Part shown: positions 10,231 through 20,566 of the stretch, one piece after another
Position numbering within the stretch: the first letter of the stretch is position 1
Layout: every line of letters begins with the position of its first letter
NCBI GenBank assembly: GCA_965226495.1
Contig: OZ245365.1
Span: 1,312,001 to 1,376,000, forward strand
Source: Candidatus Marinacidobacterales bacterium
GTDB taxonomy: Bacteria > Acidobacteriota > Vicinamibacteria > Marinacidobacterales > DATDRI01
DNA: 64,000 nucleotides
Reading direction: 5' to 3'
Program-made: the position numbers and the translations under genes
The notes under the pieces: generated by a model
Told to the model about the DNA's origin: nothing
Database searches by the model: none
Seen by the model: only the letters and a program-made list of their open reading frames with translations

Positions 10231-12873
10231 CTACGTCTCGTCGTCGAGGGTTAAGAGCCAGATGTCGGCTTCCGAGGTGATCATCGTGAAGTAGAGGGTC
10301 CGCCCGTCGGGAGTCAGCGCAAAAAATCCATCAACCTTGTGAGGCTCCACAGAGAGCACTTCCCGCTCTTCCAGGGTTCGGCTATCGATGAGAACGATGG
10401 CCTGGCCGGTGCTCGTCAGCAGTGTATCCGTGTCGGCAACCCACCTAGCGTTCAGCCCGGCATCGCTCAGCTTCGTATACCGCTGCGACTCGAGGTCATA
10501 AACGGCCACGCCACTGAACCTCCCAGATGTTACCTGCCCGCCCGCCAAGCGACGACCGTCCGCCGACCAGTCTGTCGGAAAGAATCTGTCAGAGGCATCC
10601 TCTAAAGGTGGCAAGACTTCCGGCTTCTGTTCACTGAAGCTGGTGTCGAGGCGAAAAATGGCGGGCTCGATCTGTGGAAAGACGGTATAAGCCATTAAAG
10701 ATCCATCCGGCGACCACACTGCGATGTTCGCGTAACCGCTGGTATCGGTGAGCTGGCGAAGCCCGCTGCCGTCCGGACGGACGGTCCAAATCTCATAGTT
10801 ACCCGTTCGATCGGAATGGAAAGCGATCCGCTCACTATCGGGTGACCACCGGGGATTTCTGTCCTTGGCGAGGTCGTCGGTGAGCTGTCTGCGAGCGCTT
10901 CCATCGGATCGCATCACGAACACGTCCAGCTGTTGGCCTGCCGTCCAGTAGGTCAGCCACTCGCCGTCGCGGGAAGTATCGGTCACGTTGAAGCGATTAG
11001 ATCCCCGCGTGACAGCGACAGGGCTGCCGACTGCCTCGCCAGCCGAAGGGTCGAAGCCCACTTTATGGATATTCCAAGCCACCGATTGAGTTACGTAGGC
11101 TACTTTCCGGCCATCTCCGGAAAGGCTGAGGTGCAGAGCTTCCGCAGCCACCCCGCTTGTGACTGGCTCCGGGTTTCCAAGAACCTCACCGGTTTCCTCT
11201 CTGATGGCGACGCGCCACAGGTTCATGGCGCCACCCCGGTCACTCGAAAAGTAGAGGTATTTGCCATCCGGTGACCAAACCGGGTTCCAGTCGAAGTGAC
11301 CGTCTTCGGTCACACGAACGGGCTCACCACCGTCTGCAGGTATCGTCCAGATCTCGGCGCCTTCGACGAGCGACCAGAAGGCGATGCGGTGACCGCGCGG
11401 AGACCAATGAGGCTGAGCAGCGTCGTCATCCGTGAGAAGCTTTTTTTCGCCGCTCGTGGTGTCGATGATCCAGAGCTCACTCGGTGGCCGGTCGCGGATA
11501 TTTGAAGTCACGCCGGTCGCGCAGACGATCCGCTTTCCATCCGGCGACCAGGCGGGGTTGTACCCGAAGTCGGCCACCCGCGTCACCGACTCTCCGGTGC
11601 GTCCCATCAAAGAAAGCCCGCCTCCGTCTCGCTCGGAGCGAAACACGATCTGCCCCCCGTCCGGCGAGAAGGCGGGCTGGGTGTCATCGGCCTCGACGCC
11701 CTCGGTGAGGTTGATGGCTCGCTCACCGCCCACGCTTTGGAGATAGATGTCCCAATTCCCGGAGGTGTCGCTCGCGTAGACCACCCAGTTTCCATCGGGC
11801 GAGAGGGTAGGAAACAATTCTCGGGCGGGATCGGTCGTGAGCTGGGTGAATCTACCCGCGACCCCCTGTCCGTTTTGGCTCGTCGATGCGGAATCGTCCG
11901 GTCGGAGAAAGTACCCAACCAGCGCGGCCACGACCGCCACCGCGCCAACCGCGGCCCAGACGGTCCAGTTCTTTCGAGCCGGGGCAGCGGCCTGCCCAGT
12001 CTCGAGAACACCCGAGTCCAGCTCCTGCTTGAGCTCGTCGAGCTCGTTCCTCAGGTCCTTGGCCGATTGATAGCGGCGTTCCGGATCTTTCACCAGCGCG
12101 CGCTTCACGATCCGCGCGAGCTCCGGAGGGCAGGTGGGATTGAGCGTCGTCACGGATGTGGGAGTGTCGCGAAGAATTGCGGAGAGAAACGAGCCCGGCC
12201 CGTCTCCCTTGAAGGGACGCTCGCCGGCGAGCATTTCATAGAAGACGATGCCGAGGGAGAAGATGTCGGTACGGTGATCGAGCGGCTTGCCCTCGGCCTG
12301 CTCCGGCGACATGTACGCAGCCGTCCCCACGATGCGCCCCGCCTCGGTCATGGCCGCAGTCGGGAGCGCGCTGTCGGATGCATCTCCCGCCTCGGGCCGC
12401 AGCTTGGCGAGGCCGAAGTCCAGGATCTTGAGCTGCCCCTCGTCGCTCACCATGATGTTGTCGGGCTTCAGATCTCGATGCGTGATGCCGTGCCCGTGCG
12501 CGGAGCTCACCGCGTCCGCGACCGGAACCGCGATCTCAAAAAAGCGTTTCAGCCCGAGATCTTTCGATTCAATGAGGTCGGTGAGAGTCTTCCCTTGGAC
12601 GAGCTCCATGGTAATGAAGTGGACCCCGTCCGATTCTTCGATGGAGTGGATGGTGACGATGTTCGGGTGATTGAGCGCCGCGACCGCTTTGGCTTCACGC
12701 TCGAATCGCTCCCTCCGCTCCGCGTTAGCCGTCATATCAGACGGCAGAACTTTGACGGCGATCTCCCTGTCGAGCTTCGGGTCACGCGCGCGGTAGACTT
12801 CGCCCATGCCACCCGCACCGAGCGCGGAGAGAATCTCGTAATTTCCCAGACGATGGCCAGCGCTAAGAGCCAT
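10231..12873 (-). CDS. Ser/Thr protein kinase with TM helix and TolB-like PD40 repeats
   Basis: LGAGGMGEVY, HRDLKPDN, DFGLAK and YMSPEQ; hydrophobic helix; many WSPDG repeats. Confidence 0.95.
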   Translation of the reverse strand: MALSAGHRLGNYEILSALGAGGMGEVYRARDPKLDREIAVKVLPSDMTANAERRERFEREAKAVAALNHPNIVTIHSIEESDGVHFITMELVQGKTLTDLIESKDLGLKRFFEIAVPVADAVSSAHGHGITHRDLKPDNIMVSDEGQLKILDFGLAKLRPEAGDASDSALPTAAMTEAGRIVGTAAYMSPEQAEGKPLDHRTDIFSLGIVFYEMLAGERPFKGDGPGSFLSAILRDTPTSVTTLNPTCPPELARIVKRALVKDPERRYQSAKDLRNELDELKQELDSGVLETGQAAAPARKNWTVWAAVGAVAVVAALVGYFLRPDDSASTSQNGQGVAGRFTQLTTDPARELFPTLSPDGNWVVYASDTSGNWDIYLQSVGGERAINLTEGVEADDTQPAFSPDGGQIVFRSERDGGGLSLMGRTGESVTRVADFGYNPAWSPDGKRIVCATGVTSNIRDRPPSELWIIDTTSGEKKLLTDDDAAQPHWSPRGHRIAFWSLVEGAEIWTIPADGGEPVRVTEDGHFDWNPVWSPDGKYLYFSSDRGGAMNLWRVAIREETGEVLGNPEPVTSGVAAEALHLSLSGDGRKVAYVTQSVAWNIHKVGFDPSAGEAVGSPVAVTRGSNRFNVTDTSRDGEWLTYWTAGQQLDVFVMRSDGSARRQLTDDLAKDRNPRWSPDSERIAFHSDRTGNYEIWTVRPDGSGLRQLTDTSGYANIAVWSPDGSLMAYTVFPQIEPAIFRLDTSFSEQKPEVLPPLEDASDRFFPTDWSADGRRLAGGQVTSGRFSGVAVYDLESQRYTKLSDAGLNARWVADTDTLLTSTGQAIVLIDSRTLEEREVLSVEPHKVDGFFALTPDGRTLYFTMITSEADIWLLTLDDET

Positions 12874-12875
12874 GA

Positions 12876-12911
12876 CCCCTCACCCAATCCCTCTCCCCAA
12901 GGGGGAGAGGG
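12876..12911. repeat. REP-like palindrome
   Basis: CCCCTCACCC..CCCTCTCCCC aa GGGGGAGAGGG; related copies at 28260 and 62961. Confidence 0.75.
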
Positions 12912-13086
12912 TTAGATCGAGTGACGAGGCACGTGCACTCAATGGCCTCGTCAAACCTAGAATAGTCGGTCCCAGTTTCGTGCCGGGATTCAAGGACATA
13001 GCTGGCCTTTCTTACTGAGGAAAATAGCCCGGCACGAAGCGAAAAGTCAAAGCGTTGTGCGGTGGTAACCGTGCTAGAGTTGACGC

Positions 13087-13311
13087 ATGGCACGACTACA
13101 TTTGCAGGTATCGAAGGCGATTGAGGAGGCAGTGAAACGCCGCGCGCGAGCCAGGGGGATGAGCGTCTCGAGTTATCTTGCGGAGCTGGTTCAACGCCAA
13201 ATCGCGGATAACTGGCCTGAAGACTTCTTTACCGATGTCGTGGGAGGCTGGGCCGGCGAGCCCTTGACGAGACCCGCTGATTTGATGCTCGAGGAAAGAG
13301 AAGGGTCCTAG
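13087..13311 (+). CDS. RHH antitoxin-like protein (orphan)
   Basis: AVKRRARARGMSVSSYLAELV..WPEDFF..VVGGWAGEPLTRP resembles VapB-type antitoxins; no PIN gene follows. Confidence 0.65.
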   Translation: MARLHLQVSKAIEEAVKRRARARGMSVSSYLAELVQRQIADNWPEDFFTDVVGGWAGEPLTRPADLMLEEREGS

Positions 13312-13442
13312 CTTTTGTCAGGAGCCCGGGCCCACTGGGCGGTGCGGCTTGGAGGTGTTACCTATCTCCACAAATCCCGAATTGGCAAACGTTTTCCAAG
13401 ATTATGTTAAATTCGCCGTTTCGAATCTACCCAAATAACTCG

Positions 13443-15280
13443 GGACGTGAGAAAAATTCGGATTGCGGGGAGATGGGGATGGTTGGTCCACAGTTCTGAC
13501 GATCACGGCGATCGGGCCGGCATCCCGCGGATTCACGCCGTTATCGGCGCTGGAGTTTCGATGATGCCTTCTGACACGCTGAAACTCGCCCGGCTGCGTG
13601 TGCACAATCGCCGGTCGGGTGGCGCTCACGCCGGCACGGGCTCCGATACCAAGTTCGGCCTCCATCGGAGGCGAATCCACTGCTGGATATCGTAGGTGAG
13701 GGCGGCCCAGAGAGATTCGGTGCGCACTTTGGCGATTCCGCGCACGCTAAACTGCCGCAGGCCGAACTTGGCTTTGATCCAAAGATTCGGAAACTCGGCC
13801 ACCTGCGAGCGTGTCTTATAGATGGCCTTGGCTTCGTCGGTCTGCATCTTCTGCCGGAATGCGGCTATCTCCGGCAAGGGTTCGAGCCTTTCGATCGACC
13901 GACCGCTCGACGCGCGAGGACAGCAGAACTCCTTGACCGAGCACGTGTCGCAATCTTTCGCCGAGGCCTTGTATCGATAGCGCATCATGCCATCGCGTTC
14001 GAACTTTGCGTCGTAGCGTAAACGCTTGCCCTGCGGGCATACGTACGTGTTGCTCGCCTCATCGTGCACAAAGCTCGATGCTTCGAAAGCCGAAATAATG
14101 CCGTAGCGCTGATAGGACTTGCGCCGATTGGCCTCTGCCGACTTGCCCCGGGGCTCAGGGCCGACGAGGTCGATGCCGCGCTTCGCCATCTCCACGATGT
14201 TGTGGCTACTGATGTAGCCCCCATCTACGACCACCTGATCGGGCGTGCGCTGCAGCGTCTGTTCGATCCGTTCCATCGCCGGCGTCAGCTGCTGATAATC
14301 GCTGCCGGCCTGCGTGGCATCGATGTCGACAATCAAGCCGTGCGCGGCATCCGTTAAGATCTGGACGTTGTAGCTGGGCGCGGAACCGCCCTCGGCTTGC
14401 TTCATCACCCGCGCGTCGGGGTCGGTCGTGCTCACGCGCTCCATGCGGCTTTTCGCCGCTTTCAGCTTGTCGAATTCCTTCAACGCTGATTCTAGCCGCT
14501 GGCGTCTCTCACGCTTGGCGCGTTGCTGCGCTGCCTGCATCTGCCGGCTCGATTCCTCCTCCGTCTGTGCCTCGAGGGCCTCGACCGCCTCACGCGCCTG
14601 CTCCAGATACGCCTCGACTCGAGGCTTACGGCGAAATCTATTCGACGATGCGTTCGCGCGCACCTTCGTCCCATCCTGCATGACCCGCTCGAGTGGGATC
14701 AATCCTTCCGCACTCAGCAGCCCTAACGTTTGCACAAACAACTCGTGCAAGGCGTCCGCATGCGCGACCCGAAAGTCCGACAGCGTGTGCGCACTGATGC
14801 CTTCCATCCCCGTCAGCCATTGATACCCCGGCTCATGCTCGCACAGTCGCTCAATCGCGCGGGCCGAACTCTCTCCCCGGCTGTAGCTGTAGACCCAAAG
14901 GCTCACCAGAAGCTGCGGGTCAAACGCAGGCCGGCCTGCGGCACCGGCGACCGAGCGGACCTGCTCCCTATAGCGACTAAGATCCAGCTGCCCCACGAAC
15001 TCCCAGATCGCACGCGCTGGGTGATCCCTGGGGATCAACCGCTCCACGTCGACCGTCCGCAGCAGCATCTGCGCGCGATCGACCACCTTCAACCGAGCCT
15101 CTCCCGCCCGCTCGCACTCATCGCCGTCACCACCATCGCCAGGCACGGGCAAGCCCGGCAACGACGCTTGCTTATCGCCCACGCTTACCCCACTTCCTCC
15201 TACGATTCGTCACGTATCCCATGACCGCAATCTTGCAACATAGCTGCAACGTGAGTAAAGCCCAATTTTTTCTCACGTCC
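13443..15280 (-). mobile_element. IS1182-family insertion sequence
   Basis: Terminal IRs GGACGTGAGAAAAA (13443) and TTTTTCTCACGTCC (ending 15280); no clear TSD. Confidence 0.85.
13626..15182 (-). CDS. IS1182 family transposase
   Basis: GRPAFDP, QDGTKVRANAS, STTDPDARVM and VVVDGGY motifs; CPQG Zn insert. Confidence 0.92.
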   Translation of the reverse strand: MGDKQASLPGLPVPGDGGDGDECERAGEARLKVVDRAQMLLRTVDVERLIPRDHPARAIWEFVGQLDLSRYREQVRSVAGAAGRPAFDPQLLVSLWVYSYSRGESSARAIERLCEHEPGYQWLTGMEGISAHTLSDFRVAHADALHELFVQTLGLLSAEGLIPLERVMQDGTKVRANASSNRFRRKPRVEAYLEQAREAVEALEAQTEEESSRQMQAAQQRAKRERRQRLESALKEFDKLKAAKSRMERVSTTDPDARVMKQAEGGSAPSYNVQILTDAAHGLIVDIDATQAGSDYQQLTPAMERIEQTLQRTPDQVVVDGGYISSHNIVEMAKRGIDLVGPEPRGKSAEANRRKSYQRYGIISAFEASSFVHDEASNTYVCPQGKRLRYDAKFERDGMMRYRYKASAKDCDTCSVKEFCCPRASSGRSIERLEPLPEIAAFRQKMQTDEAKAIYKTRSQVAEFPNLWIKAKFGLRQFSVRGIAKVRTESLWAALTYDIQQWIRLRWRPNLVSEPVPA

Positions 15281-15380
15281 TTGGTCCGGACCAAGTAACC
15301 AAAAGTAACAACTACGGGTCTTCTCGAAGAGCTTTTTTTGGCCGAGGGCTTCGTTGGTAATTGGAGTCTAAGTTACGAAT

Positions 15381-15605
15381 CTACGTTCTTATCTCGTCGG
15401 CCAGTCCAGGAATCGCAGTGGGAGGAACGACGTCGATCGAATCGTGTAAGGCGTACTCTTTCGATCCCGGGTAGCCGACCCACAGTCTCTCGAGTCCGAG
15501 ATCTTCTAAAGCGATCAGCATGGGTCGCTTTCTTCGGGGAGCATCCTGATACTGGAACTCGAACCCGTGGCGCTTGCCGCCCAGCATCACGACCAAGTCG
15601 AGCTC
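15381..15605 (-). pseudogene. C-terminal fragment of AAA ATPase/DUF4143 protein
   Basis: ELDLVVMLGGKRHGFEF..DLGLERLWVGYPG matches the typical DUF4143 tail; the rest of the gene is absent. Confidence 0.6.
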
Positions 15606-15754
15606 GATGCTTCATTCGTCTGCTATTGCGGACAGCCTGCCGAGTCGACCGCTCTCCGTTCTTCTGAGCATTTCTGCTTTCGGCGCCTTCCAGGTCTTCA
15701 TCTTCGCCAGGTCTGGCGCGTAGACTCGCATGATGACATCCAGGTTCAGATCCT

Positions 15755-15798
15755 CGCAGGGCGTGCCGGCAGCCAGTTCTCTGCCGGCACGCCCTGCG
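15755..15798. repeat. Perfect 18 bp inverted repeat with 8 nt loop
   Basis: CGCAGGGCGTGCCGGCAG ccagttct CTGCCGGCACGCCCTGCG. Confidence 0.85.
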
Positions 15799-15985
15799 GC
15801 CGTTTCGAGGCGTCCGCCCGTGATCGGGCTAAGTCCTAGCTGCCGTGGCCGGTTAGCTTGGGCGGTGACCCTCTCGTAGGCTGGGTGGTCTACGGTCTCG
15901 ATCGGTGGCCGAGATAGAAGGGGGGAGGGACAACGACGACCGGTGCCTTTTAGTCGTCGTCGGCCCTCCGCCGGCGCCAGCAGTC

Positions 15986-16636
15986 CTACTGGTGCCTGCC
16001 CAACTTGAAGACGACTCCCGCACCTAGTCGAAATTGATTGAGCGTGGTGTCGGCGAGAATCGCTCGATAATCGCCCTGCAAACGGATGGCTACGTTGTCT
16101 GAAACACTGACGTCGATTCCACCACCCGGTTGAAGGGCGAACTGGGTCGCCGACCGGCTGAAATCGCGGTCGAGCAAATCGAGAGCCTGGTTAGGGAGGC
16201 TAGGGAGGTTAGGTAGGTTGGGTATGTTGGGTAAGTTAAAGTTAGGTAGGTTGAAGTTCGGCAAGTTTAGATCGAGGTTAGCAGCACCCCGGGCAGCTCC
16301 GCCCAGCATCTGAAAAAAGAACGTCACGTTCTTTCCTCGTTTCGTGAACTTGGGACCAGCCATGTATGTCGACACGTTGATGTCGATGCCTTGGCCTAGG
16401 AAAGTATCGCTTCGGTAGTTGGCCCCGACTTCGCCAGCTACGGCCAGCCAATGGTTGAAGTTGTAGGCGACGGGAACGGTCCAGCCGACGGGAAGCGTCT
16501 CGTCGATCGTCTGTTCACTCAAAATTGAATAGTTGACACCGATCTCGAACTTGGGTGTTTCTTGCGCGATGGCCGGTGAAGCGGCGATAGCTGCCATCAC
16601 CAGCAAGACAGGAAGAATTCCGATCCGTTTCGTCAT
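15986..16636 (-). CDS. Outer membrane beta-barrel protein with a Leu-Pro-Asn repeat loop
   Basis: Signal peptide, alternating beta strands, QPGGGID and RLGAGVVFK; AGGAG RBS before ATG 16636. Confidence 0.8.
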   Translation of the reverse strand: MTKRIGILPVLLVMAAIAASPAIAQETPKFEIGVNYSILSEQTIDETLPVGWTVPVAYNFNHWLAVAGEVGANYRSDTFLGQGIDINVSTYMAGPKFTKRGKNVTFFFQMLGGAARGAANLDLNLPNFNLPNFNLPNIPNLPNLPSLPNQALDLLDRDFSRSATQFALQPGGGIDVSVSDNVAIRLQGDYRAILADTTLNQFRLGAGVVFKLGRHQ

Positions 16637-16869
16637 TCGTTGTTGCTCCTTTCTGAAATTGCTTTCTTTCAGAGGGTGTCCTACTGCAAGGGGCGTTCCA
16701 CCCTGCGGGAGGTCGATCAAGAGCTGGAGTTGCTTGTAGTTAGCCGTTAGAAGTGTCTTGGGGAGGGAGATAAGGGACTAACCGATTGGATAGGGATCTA
16801 TCCGAAGGGTGAACTACTAAGCGCCGCTTGAGGTCTTGTGGCAGTCTTCTTGAAGCTCCGTGACCCTGG

Positions 16870-16982
16870 CCCGGTTTGTTCCGAGGGCCGTGGCGAGGTT
16901 CTTTACCAGTGTGGCGAAAAAGGGCTCGCCGGTCTCGGCGGAAGATCGTGCGGAGAGCGGTGTCCTCGTCCAGCAGAGACAT
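16870..16982 (-). pseudogene. N-terminal remnant of a GAF-containing sigma54 activator (FhlA-like)
   Basis: LDEDTALRTI and, in a shifted frame, ETGEPFFATLVKNLATALGT. Confidence 0.4.
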
Positions 16983-17000
16983 CGAAGCGTGTTGTTCGAT

Positions 17001-20000
17001 TCAGCGTGTTACCTTGGGTGAAATAACCCCCGGTACGCCCTTGTCTCGCATGGAATCGTTGAATTGATTGACCTCGCTCTCGAGAAGTTGCCTGAGAGCA
17101 TCCATGTGAGGGGCAAGCTCGGTGTTCAAGTCTTCGAATCGCCGGTAAGAGCCCTCGGTCGGGCGTCCATATGCGCTGTTCACGTGTCCGTAGAGGTACA
17201 CGAACTGGTTGTCGATCTTGGGGGGGAAGTTGAGTGGATCCTGTGATACTTCGTTCTTTGTTTGGATGAGCTCATCTTCGATCGCGGTCAATTGTTCCCC
17301 TATTGATTTTGACGTCTCGCTGAAATCCCCTTCGTAGCCCGCTTCTTCCGCCCGCTTGGCGACCTCTTCGAGCTGGGTCCGCACGGAGCGGATCGTGCGA
17401 ATGCCATCGTGAATCTTACCGATGCGGTCCCTAATGGCCATCACCAGCTCGAAGTTCTTAGCCAGATCCTGTTGCGTGACGTGCTCGAGCCGCGGATCTT
17501 TCAACACTTCAAACGATTCCGTGTGGCTCCAGTCGCCGATGCTGAGGCGAACCTGGTACATGCCCGGAGCCGCGTAGGCGCCGCCGGTATAGCCCAACGA
17601 CATGACGGAGCCTTTGACAATGTCCGGCCCAGGATACTTGAGGTCCCAGACGAAGCGATTCATCCCCTCCTCGGCAGGAGCAGGCTCGTCTTTTCGGTCG
17701 CGCGGGCGGGAATTGCTATCACCTTCTCCTGTCGCGTCGTCCTCCTTCTTCCGGTTCGTGTGAGTTTGAATCACGTTCCCATCGCGATCCAGGATCTCGA
17801 GCCTCAATGCTTTCTCTTCAGGCTTCTCCGCCAGGTAGCAATAAATGATGGCACCGGCAGGGGTGGCCTCGCGCGCTCGGGAACCGCGGAAGCGCCCCGT
17901 TCTGACGCGGTGGGCGTCGCGGGGCTTGAACAGGTGCGATGGAGCGGTTGCTACTTGGTCGGTGATTTGATGTAGCGGTGTCAGGTCGTCGAGTATCCAA
18001 AACGAGCGACCATGCGTGGCAACCACGAGATCCTTCTCGTGCACTTTCATGTCAGCGATCTGGACTACCGGCAGGTTGAGTTGAAGCGATTGCCAGTGTT
18101 GGCCATCGTCGAAAGAGACGAACATGCCAAACTCGGTCCCGGCATAGAGCAGCCCCTTCCGATCAGGATCCTCTCTTACGACGCGCACCGGATGGTCGGG
18201 CGGGATTCCGTTACGACCGTTGGTGAGGAGCTTCCAGCTGTTTCCATGATCGTCGGTGCGAAAAATATAGGGAGAAAAATCGTCCCAGCGGTACTTGTAG
18301 ACCGCGATGAATGCGCGGCCCGCTTCATGGGTCGATACCTCGATTGTGTTGACCGTGCCCCATTCGGGCATGGCCGCCGGAGTAATGCTGGTCCAGCTCT
18401 CGCCATTGTCACGGGAGATGTGGACGAGGCCATCGTCCGTTCCCGCCCACAACACTCCCGGGGTGTGTGGCGACTCGAGAAACGCGAAGATCGTGTCGTA
18501 CACCTCGACTCCAGAATCGTCGTGCTGGAGCGGCCCTCCGGGGAGCTCCTGTTTTTCGGGGTCGTTTCTCGTGAGATCGCCGCTGATCGTCTCCCAACTC
18601 ATGCCGCGGTCCCGGGTCCGGTGCACGTAATTGGACGTGTGGTAGAGCACCTCGGGATCGTGGGGCGAGAAGACAATGGGCGCATTCCATTGAAATCGGT
18701 ACTTGAGGTCTCTGGCCGGGACGCCATCTGCGAGTTGGGGATAAATGATGACGTTGCGTCGATGACCGGTACGGTGGTCGTACCGGTCGATTCTCCCGAT
18801 GTAGTTGCCGGCGTATGAAAGATCTGGGTCTTCGGCGCTGACCGCGATGTGTCCCGACTCTCCGCCGGCGACGTCGTACCAATACTGCTTCGGTGTCACA
18901 CCTCCCGGGTTCCGAGACGGCACGCTAATCGTGGAGTTGTCTTGCTGTGCTCCGTACACGCGGTAAGGGAAACGGTCGTCAACGGTCACGCGATAAAACT
19001 CCGCGGTGGGTTGATTGAGCTGGGTGGACCACGACTTGGCGTCGTCCAGCGAAACGTTGGCACCTCCATCGTTGGCCTGAATCATGATCTTCGGTTGCTC
19101 TGGGTTGATCCACATATCGTGGTTGTCGCCGTGGGGGACACGGATCGATGTAAACGTCTTTCCACCGCCGATGGATTTGTAGTAGCCGCCGTTCATGATG
19201 TAGACGGTGTTCTCGTCGCGCGGGTGGGCATAGATGTGAGAGTAGTACCAGCCGCGTACCTGCAGTCTTCGATCCTTATTGATTTGTTTCCATGTATCTC
19301 CGTCATCGTCGGAGCGATAGACGCCGCCTTCGCCATCTCTCGCGGTAACCAGGGCCCACACGCGGTTGGGATTCTCCAGTGAGACCGATACGCCGATGCG
19401 GCCGATGAGTCCGGCCGGAAGTCCGCCGTTCAATTTTTCCCACTCGTCTCCGCCGTCGGTCGTCTTGTAAAGGCCACCTTCTTCGGCTCCATCGATCAGA
19501 GTCCAAGGTTTCCGCTCGGCTCGCCACATCGCAGCGTAGATTTGGCGCGGGTTCGCCGGATTCATCGAGAGATCGACGGCGCCGGTTTCCTCGGAAATGA
19601 AGAGCACCTTCTCCCAGCTCTTGCCGCCGTCCTTTGTGCGGAAGACGCCACGCTCCGGGTTCGGCCCAAAAATATGCCCGAGCGCAGCCACGTAAACCAA
19701 ATCTGGATTGCTTGGGTGGATGCGAACTCGCCCAATCTGTCCTGCCTCGCGAAGACCCACGTGAGTCCAAGTCTTCCCGGCGTCGGTGGATTTGTAGACT
19801 CCATCTCCGACGGAGATGTTGCCCCGCGGACAGGCGGAGCCCGTCCCTACATAGATGACGTTGGGGTCGGAAAGCGATACATCGATTGCGCCGATCGAAG
19901 CGACCTCCAAGAAGTCGTCGGAGATGTTTTCCCACGTTTCGCCGGCATCGTGTGTTTCCCACACACCGCCGCCCGTCGTTCCCATGTAGAAGGTGAACGG

Positions 20001-20195
20001 TCGCATGGGGACTCCGGCGACCGCCGTGACACGTCCTCCGCGATAGGGTCCGATGAGGCGGTATTCCAATGCCTCGTAGAGGCTCGGGTCGTAGACCACG
20101 TTGGTAGCGTCGGTTTCGCTCTCGCTCGCGGTGGATGAAGGGCCGATCAGCAAGACTGCAAAGGCCAAAAAGGGCAGGGCCGAGGGTCGGAGCAT
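17001..20195 (-). CDS. Secreted BNR/sortilin(VPS10)-repeat glycosyl hydrolase-like protein
   Basis: IGPYRGGRVTAV, repeated S/TxDxGxTW Asp boxes, ATHGRSFWILDD; signal peptide. Confidence 0.9.
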   Translation of the reverse strand: MLRPSALPFLAFAVLLIGPSSTASESETDATNVVYDPSLYEALEYRLIGPYRGGRVTAVAGVPMRPFTFYMGTTGGGVWETHDAGETWENISDDFLEVASIGAIDVSLSDPNVIYVGTGSACPRGNISVGDGVYKSTDAGKTWTHVGLREAGQIGRVRIHPSNPDLVYVAALGHIFGPNPERGVFRTKDGGKSWEKVLFISEETGAVDLSMNPANPRQIYAAMWRAERKPWTLIDGAEEGGLYKTTDGGDEWEKLNGGLPAGLIGRIGVSVSLENPNRVWALVTARDGEGGVYRSDDDGDTWKQINKDRRLQVRGWYYSHIYAHPRDENTVYIMNGGYYKSIGGGKTFTSIRVPHGDNHDMWINPEQPKIMIQANDGGANVSLDDAKSWSTQLNQPTAEFYRVTVDDRFPYRVYGAQQDNSTISVPSRNPGGVTPKQYWYDVAGGESGHIAVSAEDPDLSYAGNYIGRIDRYDHRTGHRRNVIIYPQLADGVPARDLKYRFQWNAPIVFSPHDPEVLYHTSNYVHRTRDRGMSWETISGDLTRNDPEKQELPGGPLQHDDSGVEVYDTIFAFLESPHTPGVLWAGTDDGLVHISRDNGESWTSITPAAMPEWGTVNTIEVSTHEAGRAFIAVYKYRWDDFSPYIFRTDDHGNSWKLLTNGRNGIPPDHPVRVVREDPDRKGLLYAGTEFGMFVSFDDGQHWQSLQLNLPVVQIADMKVHEKDLVVATHGRSFWILDDLTPLHQITDQVATAPSHLFKPRDAHRVRTGRFRGSRAREATPAGAIIYCYLAEKPEEKALRLEILDRDGNVIQTHTNRKKEDDATGEGDSNSRPRDRKDEPAPAEEGMNRFVWDLKYPGPDIVKGSVMSLGYTGGAYAAPGMYQVRLSIGDWSHTESFEVLKDPRLEHVTQQDLAKNFELVMAIRDRIGKIHDGIRTIRSVRTQLEEVAKRAEEAGYEGDFSETSKSIGEQLTAIEDELIQTKNEVSQDPLNFPPKIDNQFVYLYGHVNSAYGRPTEGSYRRFEDLNTELAPHMDALRQLLESEVNQFNDSMRDKGVPGVISPKVTR

Positions 20196-20259
20196 TGCGG
20201 GATTATATATCGTGGCACGTCGGAGGCGTGCCCCTTAGAGGCGTGGGCAGCTGGCCTAA

Positions 20260-20553
20260 GTGGTTCTTAGGCATGCGCTTTTCTGGTCCGTTTCTACGTC
20301 GGCTCAGGAGGCGACCGAGTGCATCGTTCCCAAGGAGCAGGTCATCGGAACTTCGGTAGGACCGGATGGCATCCCGTCGCTGACATCACCCGAGGTGGTC
20401 GAGGCTGCCGCGGGGGACGAGTTCATGTTCGCGGGCGATCTCGTTTTGGGCATCGTGTTGAACGGGGAAGCCAGGGCCCATCCCGATATTTCCTTTTGGT
20501 TCGCCTGGGCCGGCTTTAATCGAGACACCGAGATCTACAGCAACATCCAGTAG
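20260..20553 (+). pseudogene. Internally deleted DUF3179-like gene
   Basis: N-terminal DGIPSLTSP..VLGIVLNGEARAHP joined directly to C-terminal FWFAWAGFNRDTEIY. Confidence 0.6.
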
Positions 20554-20566
20554 AAGACCTCGCTAC

